DNA from: Batkoa obscura
Taxonomy: Eukaryota
Assembly: GCA_030770535.1 (NCBI GenBank)
Contig: JASVEC010000010.1
Coordinates: 1,302,001-1,366,000 of the forward strand
Length of the DNA: 64,000 bases
Direction: 5' to 3'
The notes beneath the pieces are model-generated. The model did not search any database and was not told the DNA's origin. It worked only from the letters and a program-made list of their open reading frames with translations. Positions 12,694 to 26,182 of the stretch are shown piece after piece (the first letter of the stretch is position 1; each line of letters starts with the position of its first letter). A program made the position numbers and the translations under genes.

Positions 12694-13915
12694 ATGGCTA
12701 CTAAAGAGTATGTAACTTATATAGCCAAAGTGGTATATCCAGCAATGTATAAAACATCATTAGCGTTAGCTTCATTGCTAGTTTTAACAATGATAGCAAT
12801 ATGTAACTTATATTATGATTTCAAATATAGACTAAAACTTTATAGCAATATATGACCGTAAACTAGTTGACAGGGTGACACTTAGAATACAAACTGTCAT
12901 TTCATGTTACGATATATGGTTGCATTCTTTACCACTATGGAGTTCCAAGTATAACCATCAAGGGTCACCTTTATGTACTTTTATTGGCTACCAACTATTA
13001 GCTTTACCTTTATTCTATAGTTTTCTTAATGTCTGCATTGGAATTAATATGCAATTAATTTTTATACATGGAATCAATGTGACATGGAAGATTGAAGCAG
13101 CCTACTGGATTGGATCAGCTTTGCTTACTTTCTTAATTACCATCCCACCTCTCGGTATAAAATTTTCATTATCTATGTTGACATTAAGATTAACCTTGTT
13201 TTGTTTAGCAATGGGGATGTTTGGGTACAGTGAATTCAACGGATGTTTTATTGCAACAGATGATGAAAATTATCTAAAAATGTTCCATTTCTATTCTAAT
13301 ATGTTGATTATGATAGTTTGTATGATTTATTTATTCATAGTTGTGGTTTTCGTTGTAGCTAAAATATATCGAGGATTGAATTTGATAAAAGAGCAAAAAC
13401 TGGCTATAGATGCTAGTCAATCACCCGAAGCTGTTAGAAATATCAGATTATTTGCTTCAAGAATGTAAGATCTCATATTGATATATTTTGTTGTACTAAA
13501 AATATTTCAGCGTATTATATCCTATAATTATGATTATCTCTCATTCCGGATTAATAGTAAATCAAACAGCTTATGACCTTGCTAACATCACGTCTGATGA
13601 TTTGGACGTTTTTTCACTTATTACTGGTGGAATGTTAGGAACTCTTAATTTTGTTGCTTTTTTACTTGACCCAACTGTACACCATGCGTTTATAGTTATC
13701 TATTATAGGGTAGTAAAAAAACAAGAGATTAAAGAATTAGGATCCAATGAACCAAGTAGTTTAGTTTACTCTATTAGTTAATATACTAAATTTTATTAGA
13801 CTATAATGACGTTTTTGAGTTGAAAAGATCTAAAGATGCTGCTAGGGAAGACATCAATAATGAAACTGGAGAGCGAGCATCTATTCAATATTCAAAGTTT
13901 ATTAAAAGTTTGTAA
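12694..13915 (+). CDS. 7-TM GPCR-like receptor G2, type-A cytoplasmic face (344 aa predicted); member of pair 1
   Basis: Predicted exons 12694-12802, 12846-13154, 13209-13464, 13511-13755 and 13800-13915 join to an open 1035-nt frame ending YSKFIKSL*. Seven hydrophobic segments and a TM3/ECL2 Cys pair. Intron 2 is an in-frame 54 nt. Confidence 0.85.
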
Positions 13916-14475
13916 CGATATATTTGATATATATGCTGTATGCTTTTGAAATTATAATCAACAGCCGTATTTTCATATTTAGTCCTTTTAAAAATTGTTC
14001 TAGAAATTGAGCTCTCAGTTTTGAACATACATTTCTCAATAACTGATAATTGAACGCTACTCTCTTTTTCATTTGAATTAACATTATTGTATATATATGA
14101 AGCATTAGTTTTGCAAATTTCATATTAAATCACATATAATGAAATAGTTAAATTTTATACAGCTTGGAAAAATTGTATAACTTATAAAATTATTATAAAC
14201 GTTTTTTTTCAAAATTTAAGCAAATTTTATATTCTAATAGGTTATAAAAATACATTAAATAACATACCAATATTGATATTTTAATTAAATATATCAGAGT
14301 GTTTTTTTGATTTCATCACTTTTTCAATTTTTAAACAATATTTAAGCAAAAAAATCGCTAATGGAATTCTTAAACATAAAAATACATCCCCATATGTTGC
14401 CCAGTATATAGTTAGAAAAAAAATAGCAATAAAAAATAGAACAGAGATAAAAGAGTTTTTCAATAGTAATGAGTT

Positions 14476-14939
14476 CCAAGATATCACCTTGTCAGTTCTA
14501 TGATTGATTATGACATGATAATCGTTTAGGCTGTTGTGTTCTCGAGTTCAGAGACAATCAATCCCAAAATTTTATTTTGATTTGCTATGAGAATTTCTAT
14601 CTTCATTCTGAAGGACATTGTTATCTTCTCATTTTGATATTTGTACTTGTCAGAATATAAAAGAGATTTTAGAGTATAGTAACTCCAGGCTTTTTAACTG
14701 AATTATCCGTTAACATCCTATCTTTAATAAAGCCACTAAATCTTTCTGATAGTGTTTTATGCACATTCCACACTATTATTATTTATAATATTTGTCTTAC
14801 ATAGTCTGTAGTATATTACTTGCTATCCTTCATAATCCAAGTCTATCTTAGTCACATAAACTAATAACTTTCGACTTATAATATAGTCAACCAAGCAATA
14901 GCTATTCTTGACTCTAATTACTGAGTACCAGATTTCACA
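14476..14939 (+). mobile_element. Solo-LTR-like element (family L), left arm of an inverted pair
   Basis: Homologous to family L, with a degenerate 5' end and a 3' end GATTTCACA; flanked by Sola transposase fragments. Confidence 0.8.
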
Positions 14940-15074
14940 ACCTAATATTTGGTAGATTAAAAAAAAGTGATATAGTTCCAATTAAAGTTATAAAGTTTAT
15001 AGAAAGTAAAAAAATCAATCTTATCTTATCTTACAAAAATAGCAGAAAATTTAAAAGTTTTAACATTTAACAAG

Positions 15075-15539
15075 TATAAAATCTGGTACTCAGTAATTAG
15101 AGTCAAGAATAGCTATTGCTTGGTTGACTATATTATAAGTCGAAAGGTATTAGTTTATGTGACTAAGATAGACTTGGATTATGAAGGATAGCAAGTAATA
15201 TACTACAGACTATGTAAGACAAATATTATAAATAATAATAGTGTGGAATGTGCATAAAACACTATCAGAAAGATTTAGTGGCTTTATTAAAGATAGGATG
15301 TTAACGGATAATTCAGTTAAAAAGCCTGGAGTTACTATACTCTAAAATCTCTTTTATATTCTGACAAGTACAAATATCAAAATGAGAAGATAACAATGTC
15401 CTTCAGAATGAAGATAGAAATTCTCATAGCAAATCAAAATAAAATTTTGGGATTGATTGTCTCTGAACTCGAGAACACAACAGCCTAAGCGATTATTATG
15501 CTATAGTTAGCCATAGAGCTGACAAAGCGATATTTCACA
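15075..15539 (-). mobile_element. Solo-LTR-like element (family L), right arm of an inverted pair
   Basis: Reverse complement of about 14520-14934, near-identical; terminus ATATTTCACA at 15539. Confidence 0.8.
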
Positions 15540-16368
15540 ATAGGTTTTTAGTAGACTTTTTAATCTTTTTAGTATTTGTTTTGATTCAATATTTCAAATA
15601 TAAGGAATTTTTAATTGTGTTACTCTTAAAAACGAATCAACCATATTAATAGTCAGTTAATTCATACTTAATCGAGTTTTTGCTATATGGGGATATATTT
15701 TTGTGTTTAAGAATTTTATTAACAATTTTTCCGCTCAAATAACGCTTAAAAATGGAAAAAGTGATGAAACCAAAGAACATCCCTATATAGTTCTTAGTTT
15801 TGTTTAAAGTAGATGCATTTATACCAAATTGAAAATTATATAGAAAGGAGTTTCTGGTATATACTTTTTTACTTTAAAAAGAAGTTACTATACTACCAAT
15901 GCTTTTAATAGCCAAGTAAACCTAACATATAGTATTTTAACATATGTTTTATAGGTTCTTAATACTTGTTAACAATTAATAACTATTATAGAAATTTAAT
16001 AAAAAAACCCAAAATGCGAATTTTCATTACATAATCTAATGTTTCAAAATCACACAATATAAAATAATTTTAGCATCCATTGAAGATGCTCGTTTTTTAA
16101 TAAATATACCCTTTAATAACCTACCTCCAACGCTTTATTTATATTGTCTCATTCTTTAACAACTTTATTAGTGTTTATGGGGAAAAAACCAAAAACCTAT
16201 ACAAACCACTACATTTTAAGAATTTTTTTATTCAAAAACAAGTCTTACGATGTTTTATTCGAGAAAAAATAGGAAAGGTTCATTTTAAAAAATTTAAACA
16301 AATATTTAACAAAGTCAAATTTGATAAAAAAGCTTTAAGCGCCTCACTTTGTTTAATTTTGTTAAAAG

Positions 16369-17548
16369 TTATAGAGTTCGAACAAATGCATTAAAGCTTT
16401 TATCAAAAGCTTCCTGAGGTGTAAGATGTTCTAAAGAATCCGGACTAGCATAGTTATTTAAATCGATATTAATAGTAAAAAACTTAGTTCTATTGGTAGT
16501 TTCTGATTCATCGCGAAACGTGTTCCTGGTAATAAATCTTAAATATATTTTTCTAAATGCCGAATGAATAGTAGGATCACAACAAAAAGCAATAAAGTTA
16601 AGAGTTCCTAACATTCCACCAGTAATAAGTGAAAAAATGTCCAAATCATCAGACGTGATGTTAGCAAGGTCATAAGCTGTTTGATTTACTACCAACCCAG
16701 AATGAGAGATAATCATAATTGTAGGATACAATAATCTAAAAAATATGTTAGTACAAATCTAATTTATATATACATACATTCTAAAACCCATAAGCTTCAC
16801 GCTTTTAACTGCCTCTACAGAAGCTGCTGATCCTCGAAATAACCGGAACTTTTTAACTAGCTCTGCCTCCTCGTTCAACTTAATTACAACGAAAACCACA
16901 ACTATGAATAAATAAATCATACAAACTATCATAATCAACATATTAGAATAGAAATGGAACATTTTTAGATAATTTTCATCATCTGTTGCAATAAAACATC
17001 CGTTGAATTCACTGTACCCAAACATCCCCATTGCTAAACAAAACAAGGTTAATCTTAATGTCAACATAGATAATGAAAATTTTATACCGAGAGGTGGGAT
17101 GGTAATTAAGAAAGTAAGCAAAGCTGATCCAATCCAGTAGGCTGCTTCAATCTTCCATGTCACATTGATTCCATGTATAAAAATTAATTGCATATTAATT
17201 CCAATGCAGACATTAAGAAAACTATAGAATAAAGGTAAAGCTAATAGTTGGTAGCCAATAAAAGTACATAAAGGTGACCCTTGATGGTTATACTTGGAAC
17301 TCCATAGTGGTAAAGAATGCAACCATATATCGTAACATGAAATGACAGTTTGTATTCTAAGTGTCACCCTGTCAACTAGTTTACGGTCATATATTGCTAT
17401 AAAGTTTTAGTCTATATTTGAAATCATAATATAAGTTACATATTGCTATCATTGTTAAAACTAGCAATGAAGCTAACGCTAATGATGTTTTATACATTGC
17501 TGGATATACCACTTTGGCTATATAAGTTACATACTCTTTAGTAGCCAT
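16369..17548 (-). CDS. 7-TM GPCR-like receptor G3, type-B cytoplasmic face; member of pair 1
   Basis: ATG at 17548. The 5' ~665 nt match G2. ICL3 KLNEEAELVKKFRLFRGSAASVEAVKSVKLMGFR; tail FCCDPTIHSAFRKIYLR...AFVRTL*; no fourth intron. Confidence 0.85.
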
Positions 17549-20002
17549 GTTATATAAAAATTTGAAGCTCAATATTTGCTATGCTTTCTCTAATTTTCGC
17601 CACCTTTTATACTTTTTAAAAGGTATGAAATTTTAAACCTGTTATAAATACATTTCTAAAAGTGCTTGTTCTGTTTTGAGTTTTTTTAGTAGAGATTTAA
17701 AACTAGAGATTTTTCATAAAATGATTCATTTTTAATAGAAATTTATCCCTGCTTCTATCCACTTTGCTGTTCCATAAATTTTCAAAAACTAACAATGATG
17801 GAATGAATAATATTACGATTTCATTATTAAGTATAGAGTTTATTAAAAAATTATCAAAATTCCCTTATCTAATATTTAAATATAGCTGAGATGTAGGTAA
17901 TATATAACATATATAGCCACTAAATAATGGCATCGAAATACCATAACTAAAGCTACTATATAAACTTTAATTTTTGAATCCTTGAAGTGGACTTTTGTAT
18001 AGGCATTACTTTGTAATTCAACCAATCATTAAAATTAATAAAGCAATTTCAACTTTTTGTGGCATCACTCACATTTGCATAAACAAGATTTGATTTTGGA
18101 ATATTTGTTTAGAGCATTTGGTCTTTGAAATCAAAAATGAATATTTGTTTAGTCATTTTATTCTTAAATATACATATAAACCTTGTACATCTATAAGTAT
18201 CCTTAAATCACTTTATTTGAAAATATAGTGAGTATCATAAAGTATAATGATTCTGTATATTTCCACATATTATTATATAAATTAATTAACTTTAATATTA
18301 TTTTTACCATTTACGGTTACAGTTTAAGTCTATACACTTTTTGAAATATAATTATGTGATTATCCAGCTTTACATATTTCAAAAGCATGACTATTGTTAC
18401 TTTTTTCGGATCATTTTTGATTCGCAGACTCAAAACCTTAAATCTTCATTATATAACTTTCAAGTTAAAATAATGTAGAGATATTTTTTTGGTTTCATTA
18501 CTTTTTCTGCTTCTAAAGCGCTATTTGAGTGGAAAGACTATCAGTAAAATTGTCCAGCCTTGTTGCATAAAAGACAGGCAAAAAATAAAACTAGAAAAGA
18601 TATCACTATAATTTTAATATCATGCGTTAGTTTTGAAAGGTGAAATAAAAAATTTATTTATTGTAATTGATAACTCAAAAATAAATACGGTTCATAGAAT
18701 ACTATTACATTAGTTTACTACCTAAACTATACATTGGCTTATGAAGTCTGTAGGATAAATTCCAAAAATAGCTTAATTATTTAATCTATACAACTTAATG
18801 ATAAAAAATACATGCTTAAAATCTATTCATTAAATTATAATTTGATTTTTTAATAAATATGAATATAAATCCCTCAAACATAGTCATATTAAGAACGTTG
18901 ATGTTAAAAAAGGTATTGCATCATGTATGCTAGATATTAGGCTTCAAGCTAAACAAAATAGCCATATTAGAAAGTAAATAAGCAACCAAAATAAAGTATA
19001 GTTATCCAAAATTTAAAAATTCTGAAAAAACATGGAAGTGTTTTTTTTGGCTTCATTATTTTTTCCATTTTTTAAGTGTCATTTAGGCGGAAAATTTGTT
19101 AGTAAATTCTTAAACACAAAAACACATCCTCATATTGTAGATGTTCTCTATCAAATACGATATTTTTCATAAATCTACTTATATCAATTTTATATCGATC
19201 CACATACAAAAAACAACTTTGTTTTGGGAGAGGCCAGTATTTAACTAATTTACAATGACTTAGATGGTTTTGACTTTATTTTTTGGAACATCTAAACTAA
19301 TTTTATACAAATTCTTTGCATATTTGCGAAATTAAGCTATAAATGTTTAAAGTCCGAGGTGCTGGTATCTGGAATTAAAAATAGTGCATGCTGCGTAAAC
19401 ATATGGAATAATAAATTGAAAATAAAAATGTGGCAAAATTACATCTAAAATCCAAATAAACGTGATCAAATATAACTCACAAGTGAATTGTTGATAAGAA
19501 CATTTCTGAATTTATTTGTTTATTTATAGAATCAATAATTATGAAGGTTGATTTTTGATGTAGATAATATTGTATCCATGTAATTTTTCTTTTCTTTATT
19601 ATTAGTCCTTATATTAATACTTTCAGTGATGAACTTATTAAAATTAATATTTAATGCCCTTTGACTTTAAAAAAAATTAACTCTATAATTCGACTAAAAC
19701 TTTGTATTAATTTCACTATCACTATTTTATTCCAATCCTCCATGTAACTTATAATCAAATAATTTAGTGTAAATAGAGATATAGCTAAAAGTGTTATAAT
19801 GGCATTTAATATGATCAAGTTTAAAGTTTGATAAAATTTTAATCATAAATAAATATGGAGGTGTATTTTTGTGCTTAAGAATTTTACTAATTTTTTCACT
19901 TAAATAGCACTTAAAAGATGTAAAAAGTGATGAAACCAAAAAAGACATCCCTATATACTGTTTGATCTAATAATTGAAATTCTGCTGTTTGTGTGATACA
20001 AT

Positions 20003-20200
20003 GGGGATATCCGAATTGGTTTCAGAATTTAGTTAAATTAATCCAATTTCAAGTTTTTAAATTTGCAAGTCCTTAATATGTGATTAATTGAGTTTAAAAA
20101 GCTTAAAATTGAATAGAAAAATTTGATTTAAGCTTGTTTTAGTTTTATTTTTATTTTAGTAAAAGGTAAAGTCAAGTAAATTTTAATTAAATTTTTCGAA
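20003..20200 (+). mobile_element. Degenerate Sola end fragment
   Basis: GGGGATATCCGAATTGGTTTCAGAATTTAG...ATCCAAT resembles the long-spacer Sola terminus; right boundary approximate. Confidence 0.55.
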
Positions 20201-21134
20201 CATTAAAAATAAAGGGTTCACTTATATATAGGGTTTTTTTTGGTTTCATCACTTTTTCCATTTTTCAAGCACTATTTGAGTGGAAAAATTGTTAGTAAAA
20301 TTCTTAAACATAAAAACATATCCTCAGTTAGTACACATCCAAGTTTAAACAGTTTCCTGATTGATTAACTTCAAAATTCTAAAGATGCCAAAGAGGACAA
20401 TTAGTAAAAAATATCCCTTCATATGAATAATATACAAATGTACTATATTGACTGAAGCTGCGTCTACTCTGTAATAATATTATATAGTTAAAAACTGAAC
20501 TTAAATTCGTTGTTTTAAATAAACAATATTAGATGATCACAAATATTTGGACACCTTTTCCTATGAAAACGGACAAGATCGAATTTGTGATGGAAGAAAA
20601 GTTACATATGTGATTCAATATTTGCTTTGTTGCTGTTTGAAAAAATTTAGTTGAAAGGAAATAAAGTATTAAAATTACACTAACTTGATCAATAATATAT
20701 TTTAAAATTTGCATTAAACTTTGTGCTTAAATTCAGATATAATCTTCAAAATTGAAGTGATCTATTTCTCGTACTTGGAAAAGCGTTTTGGAAGATGCGA
20801 CAACATTTACAACTTTAACTGTATACTTTTTTTAATAAATTTAAAAAGTTAGTATTTTATATAGCGATGCATTTTTTTATTTAAAAGTTTTATTGATATC
20901 CTTTCTACTTAAATAGTACTTACAAAACGGGAAAAGTGATGAAGCCAAAAAAATGCCTTCATATGTTACTTTATATTAGGTTAAGTAAAATAAATACAAT
21001 AATTCCTGACTTAGTATTTAATCTAAAATTCATCAATATAAGGAAAAAACAAAACATAAGTATACTTGATTATTTATATCAGGAAAAAAGAGTGAGATTT
21101 AAGTATTTTTTAAAGATTAATAAAAGGTCGCGAG

Positions 21135-22360
21135 TTATAAGCTTTTGATCAAGTTAGAACTAATAATGCTACATTGATCCTCTCTTTCATTATCAATGTT
21201 TTCTCTTATGCCACTTTCTAATATATTCAATTCGAAATCGACATTTATACCTAAAAAAAATAAATAATTGATTAATCCGAACATATAAATTTACTCAGGT
21301 TAGTAGATTGAACCTCTTCAATCTCTTGATTCTTTATAGTTCTCGAATAAATAACTTTGAGCGCATGATGTACAGTTGGGTCGAGAAAGAATGCAATAAA
21401 ATTAAGAGTCCCTAACATCCCACCAGTAATAAACAACAAAATATCTAACATGGGTGATTGGGTATCAGCAAGATCAAGAGCTGAGTTATTTATTACTAAC
21501 CCAATGTGAGAAATAATCATAATTATAGGATATAATGTACTGAACGATATTTAACTTTAGATATTAATAAGTATAAAATCTTACACCCTTGAAATAAGTA
21601 ATTTGGTTTTTTTAATTGCTTCTGAGGATAATTCATTGTCTACCGCTTCTCTTTGACCATTTATTAAATCAAGCCCTCGATAGAGTTTTATAGCAACTAA
21701 TGCTACAACAGTTAATAAATAAGCCATGCAAATAATCAAAACTAAGGTGTTGGAGTAAAAATGTAACATCTTAGAGTAATCTAGATTCCTGCCTGCAATG
21801 AAGCACTTATTATAGCTACCAAATCCAATCAATCCCGTTGCTAAATAAAATAAGATTATAATGCTTCAACGAGTATATTAATAATTGTACCAAGCGGTGG
21901 GATAGTAATTAACATTATGAGTACAAAAGTTCCAATCCAATAACCTGCTTCTACTTTCCATGTTACGCTAATGTTATGCAGAAAGACTAATTGTAAATTA
22001 ATCCCAATAGCAGCATTGAGAAAGCTATAATATAAAGGAAAGAACAGTAGTTGGTAAGCAATAAATGTACATAAAGGTGATCCATCTTTATTATATGGAC
22101 GATTCCATAGTGGTAAAGAATGCAACCAAATATCATATAATATAACACCAGTTTGTAGCCTAAGAGTTACTCTATCAACCAATTTAAAATCATATATTGC
22201 TATTGCTAAATTAGAATATTATATTAATTGATAGATAGTTCTAGTACTTACTTAACAATACCATTGTAAGTACTACTATGATGGCCAATACTAAGGATAC
22301 TCGCGATATTGTTGGATAAACCACTGAGTGTACATATTTACTATATTCTTCGAGATTCAT
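21135..22360 (-). CDS. 7-TM GPCR-like receptor G4
   Basis: ATG at 22360 (MNLEEYSKYV...). Five exons in the family pattern; last exon ends SSNLIKSL* at 21135. Confidence 0.85.
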
Positions 22361-23289
22361 TATGATAAAAATTGATTTTTATTGGAATCAAATGCTCGTA
22401 TTTATATTCCATTTTAAGTACATTGTTTTCTATCCCTTAGAATTTTCGATTTCCTAATATATCCCATACAATGTTCTATCTTAAAATACATAGACATTGG
22501 GTCAATATTAATATTGCATTTTCAACTCCAATACTAATTTATTTTTAGTTTGTTTTTTTGGAAAGTCTATTTGCAAGTCTAAATAACTACCAATTTTTAA
22601 CGTTATAAAATTTAAAAAATATAGGGTTGTTTGGATCAAACCCATTTTTGGTCTATTATATTTGCACATTATTAATAGATAGTTTGATTGATTAGATAGA
22701 TTTGAAAGCTTAGTTGAAATTAAAGATGAAGTTTCTCATTTCACTCTTTTATCGATTTTTTATGTAGTGTAAATTTTTGAAAAAACCTTAAATAATAATA
22801 AAAAACGTTCCCATACAATTTTAAAACCAAGTAAAAAGCCAACTAATTTCATAGCACTTTGTGCTTAATTTACATTTTTGCTAAAATCTAAATTGAACAA
22901 AAATTAAACTAAGCTCCTAAACTAACTCATATAGAGATGTGTTTTTTAGGAACTTTACTGGTAACCTTTCTACTTAAATAGCATTTAAAAAATAAAAAAG
23001 CGATGAAATTATAAAAACATCCGCATTATAGGAAATTCAATTTTAACCATACTAAAATGAATTCTGCCAATTAAAGTGGCTTTTTAAATATGCTTTTTGC
23101 CCTTTTTTGACATTGTATAAATTCACTTTAATCAAAATAAAGTATGTATTGGCACTGGATCTACTAACAATGTGTCAATAATTTTTTCGTTTGTACATTT
23201 GGTTCGAAAAATAATACTTTAATAAGAACATTGAAAACAAAGCAAAAGAATGAAAGTTTTAAAATAAATTATAATTTTTTGATTAAGCT

Positions 23290-23765
23290 AGAGTAAGTAC
23301 TAGTACCCTGATTTTTGACATTAATATCCACATTTCCTGAAGTATTGGTTTCTAAAACGACTAATTCAAATTTAGCTTCAAAATCTAATTGAAAAAGATT
23401 AGTATATAAAAAGCAATAAAAAACATACTTCTTATCTCATCCTTTATCTGTTGATTAATCTCTTGTTTTTTGACAGTTCTATAATAAATAATTTGAGTGC
23501 ACTTTGTGTTGATGGACATAAAGATCCAAAAATTTAATAATCCTAGCATACCACCTGGGGATATATTTTTTTGTTTAAGAATTTTGCTAACAATCTTTCT
23601 ACTCAAATAGTGCTTAAAAAACGAAAAAGTAATGAAACCAAAAAAAACATCTCCACCTGTTAAATAAGCAAAATATCTAGCTCTAATGAATCAATTTCGA
23701 TAAATTCAGATATCATTTGATTAATTGCTAAGTCAGAATGAGTAACAATTATAACTATTGAATAT
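23290..23765 (-). pseudogene. GPCR relic G5 (TM6 to tail), MITE-interrupted and LTR-truncated
   Basis: GGMLGLLNF and YYRTVKKQEI remnants. MITE at 23557-23654 with ACCT TSD. Homologous to 30264-30460. Confidence 0.75.
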
Positions 23766-24219
23766 TGCGAAATATCGCTTTGTTAGCTCCATGATTGATT
23801 ATAGTATAATAACCACTTAAGTTGGTATGTCCTCAAATTCGGGCACAGTCAATCCTGAGCTTCTATTTTGATTTGATATGAAAATTTTTAACTTCACCAC
23901 AAAGGATATTATCCTCGCGTTTTGATATACATACTTATCAGAGTATAAAAGAGATTTTAAAACATGATAGCTCGAGGCTTTTTACCTGAATTATTCCCTG
24001 ATAGCTCATACATTTAATAAAGCTATTAAGTTTACTTAATAGTATTTTACGTACATTTTACATTAGTACTATCTATCCTATTTGTCTTACATAGTCCGTA
24101 GCCTATTGCGTGCTATTCTTCATAACTCAAGTCTATCTTAGCCATATAAACTAAGACCTTTCGACTTAGAATATGGGAGTGTCTTTTTTGACTCAAATGA
24201 CTGAGTACTAGATTTCACA
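23766..24219 (+). mobile_element. Solo-LTR-like element (family L), diverged, no TSD
   Basis: TGCGAAATATCGC...GATTTCACA. The left flank is a GPCR relic and the right flank a Sola transposase fragment (24221-24385). Confidence 0.8.
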
Positions 24220-26182
24220 ACTTTGTAACCTTAATTGGAACTATATCGCTTTTTTTTATGTATTGGATACTGGGTAACAGTGTAGTTTATTATTATATTT
24301 AATAAAACGTGAATATTTCTTAATACCTTGCATCCGTATTATTCTTTTGTATTTTTGTTTCTTTTATACTTTTTAAAAATTATATGGGGTTGTCTGAATT
24401 AGTTTCATTATTTTATCCAATTTTTGAAAAATTTTGTATTTTAAAAACTTCGCTTAAAATTCTATAAAATCACATCTTTTATTAAAACAAAAGTACCCAA
24501 ACACAGTTCTAAATCATTCTATTATAGCTCATACTGTAAGTTAGTTGAATTTCTACTAGTTCTTAAATACATGTTCTTATAAAGCTTAATTGAGAAATAT
24601 TTATTATCAACTGCTTTATAACCAACATTGTAGATTTATTATCAAATAAATAAACTATTTTAATGTTGTAATTACATTATTAATATATTGCCAAGTTAAT
24701 AAATAGCTGCATGGGAGGGAGTGGTCAGCCCCAAAACTATAATTAACCATCCCTATATAGTACAAGTAATAATAGTTTTTACATATTATTACAGTTACTT
24801 GTTCTTTGACTATTTATTAACTTAGCTATTAATAACTTAAGTAATCCTAACATTTAACAATCTATTTCTATCATTTAACAAACTACTTACTTGCTTAGTA
24901 AATATCGAAATTTTCAAATTCTCTGTTGTCTTCGTAAGGTAAGCTGGGATCGATCTTTTAATTTTTCTGTTTTCTATAGACTCTATAACTTTAATTGGGA
25001 CTATATCGCTTTTTTTTGATGTATCAGATACTGGATAACAATGTAGTTTATTGTTATGTTTAATAAAGTGTAAATACTTCTTAATGCCCTGCATCTCTAT
25101 TATTCTTTTTGTATTTTTGTTTCTTTTATACTTTTTAAAAATTATATCTGTTTTCCCATTATTAACAGTCGAGTTATTAATTTTATTATGCTCACAAATA
25201 AAAGCCTCAAATCTTGAAATTAATTGATCGATATCTTCTATTTTACCTAACGCTTCAAAACTACTTTTCCATTTTGAAAGGTTTCCAAAATGTCCATCAA
25301 CTATACTTTTTCCATGATGCTCAGCAAAAAAATTAAGATTAACATTCAAACTACTATTTATTTTATGAATTTCTTTAAACATATAGTGTAGAAACTCTTG
25401 GGATCTAAAATGATTTCCTGTATCTGCCCATATATTAATTTTTGTAAACTTTTTAAATAGAAGCTCTGTAGAGATTAAATCGATTAAACAATCTCCTGCA
25501 TATGCTGAATCATGATTCAATATTTCAGATAAATAATCAAAGTAAACTTTGCCTATTGTTTTATCGTCTTTTAAATATAAAATACCAAAACCCAATACTG
25601 ATATAGCTTGTTTATTATAATGATCTAGATTTATTGAATCTGGTCTTGTTCCTATTTCCATATTTTGTTTAAAATCTAAAACTATTATACAACTTTTGTT
25701 ATTTAATTTTTTAATAGTTTCATTAAATGTGTTTTTTTGAGTATCAACACAGAATTTATATAATTTGTATAATTTTTCTTCTTCGTTGAAAATTTCTTCT
25801 ATCTCTGTTTTATTTTTTATTGCTGTATTTATTTTATTTTCAAATAACTTTTTTCTAACTGTATACTGGGTACATATATTACATAGATCCGTTTTTCTTG
25901 CTGGATTTTTGAAATTACTTGGTATATATTTAAAAAACGTTGACCTAGCTACTGCTTTATCCCTTAGATCATTCAAATATTTACTATATATCATTCTTCT
26001 ATTTTTATTTAATATACATATATTATCTGATGAATATTTACTATCATTATTTCTTTTATTAAATCTTGATGAAATAGTTGAATCATTTAGTAAATATTGT
26101 ATAATACTTTCAGTTTGCTCATCTAATTTTTTTTGTATTTTTAATAATAGACTATAACGTTAATATTTTATTACTATTATTA

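Noticed and set aside
13155..13208. Extra hydrophobic segment GIKFSLSMLTLRLTLFCL in the G2/G3 ORFs
   Set aside because: In-frame 54-nt GT-AG intron at the conserved intron 2 position.
20530..20800. Possible small-GTPase-like remnant (DT...GQDR)
   Set aside because: Similarity too weak; no P-loop or other motif found.
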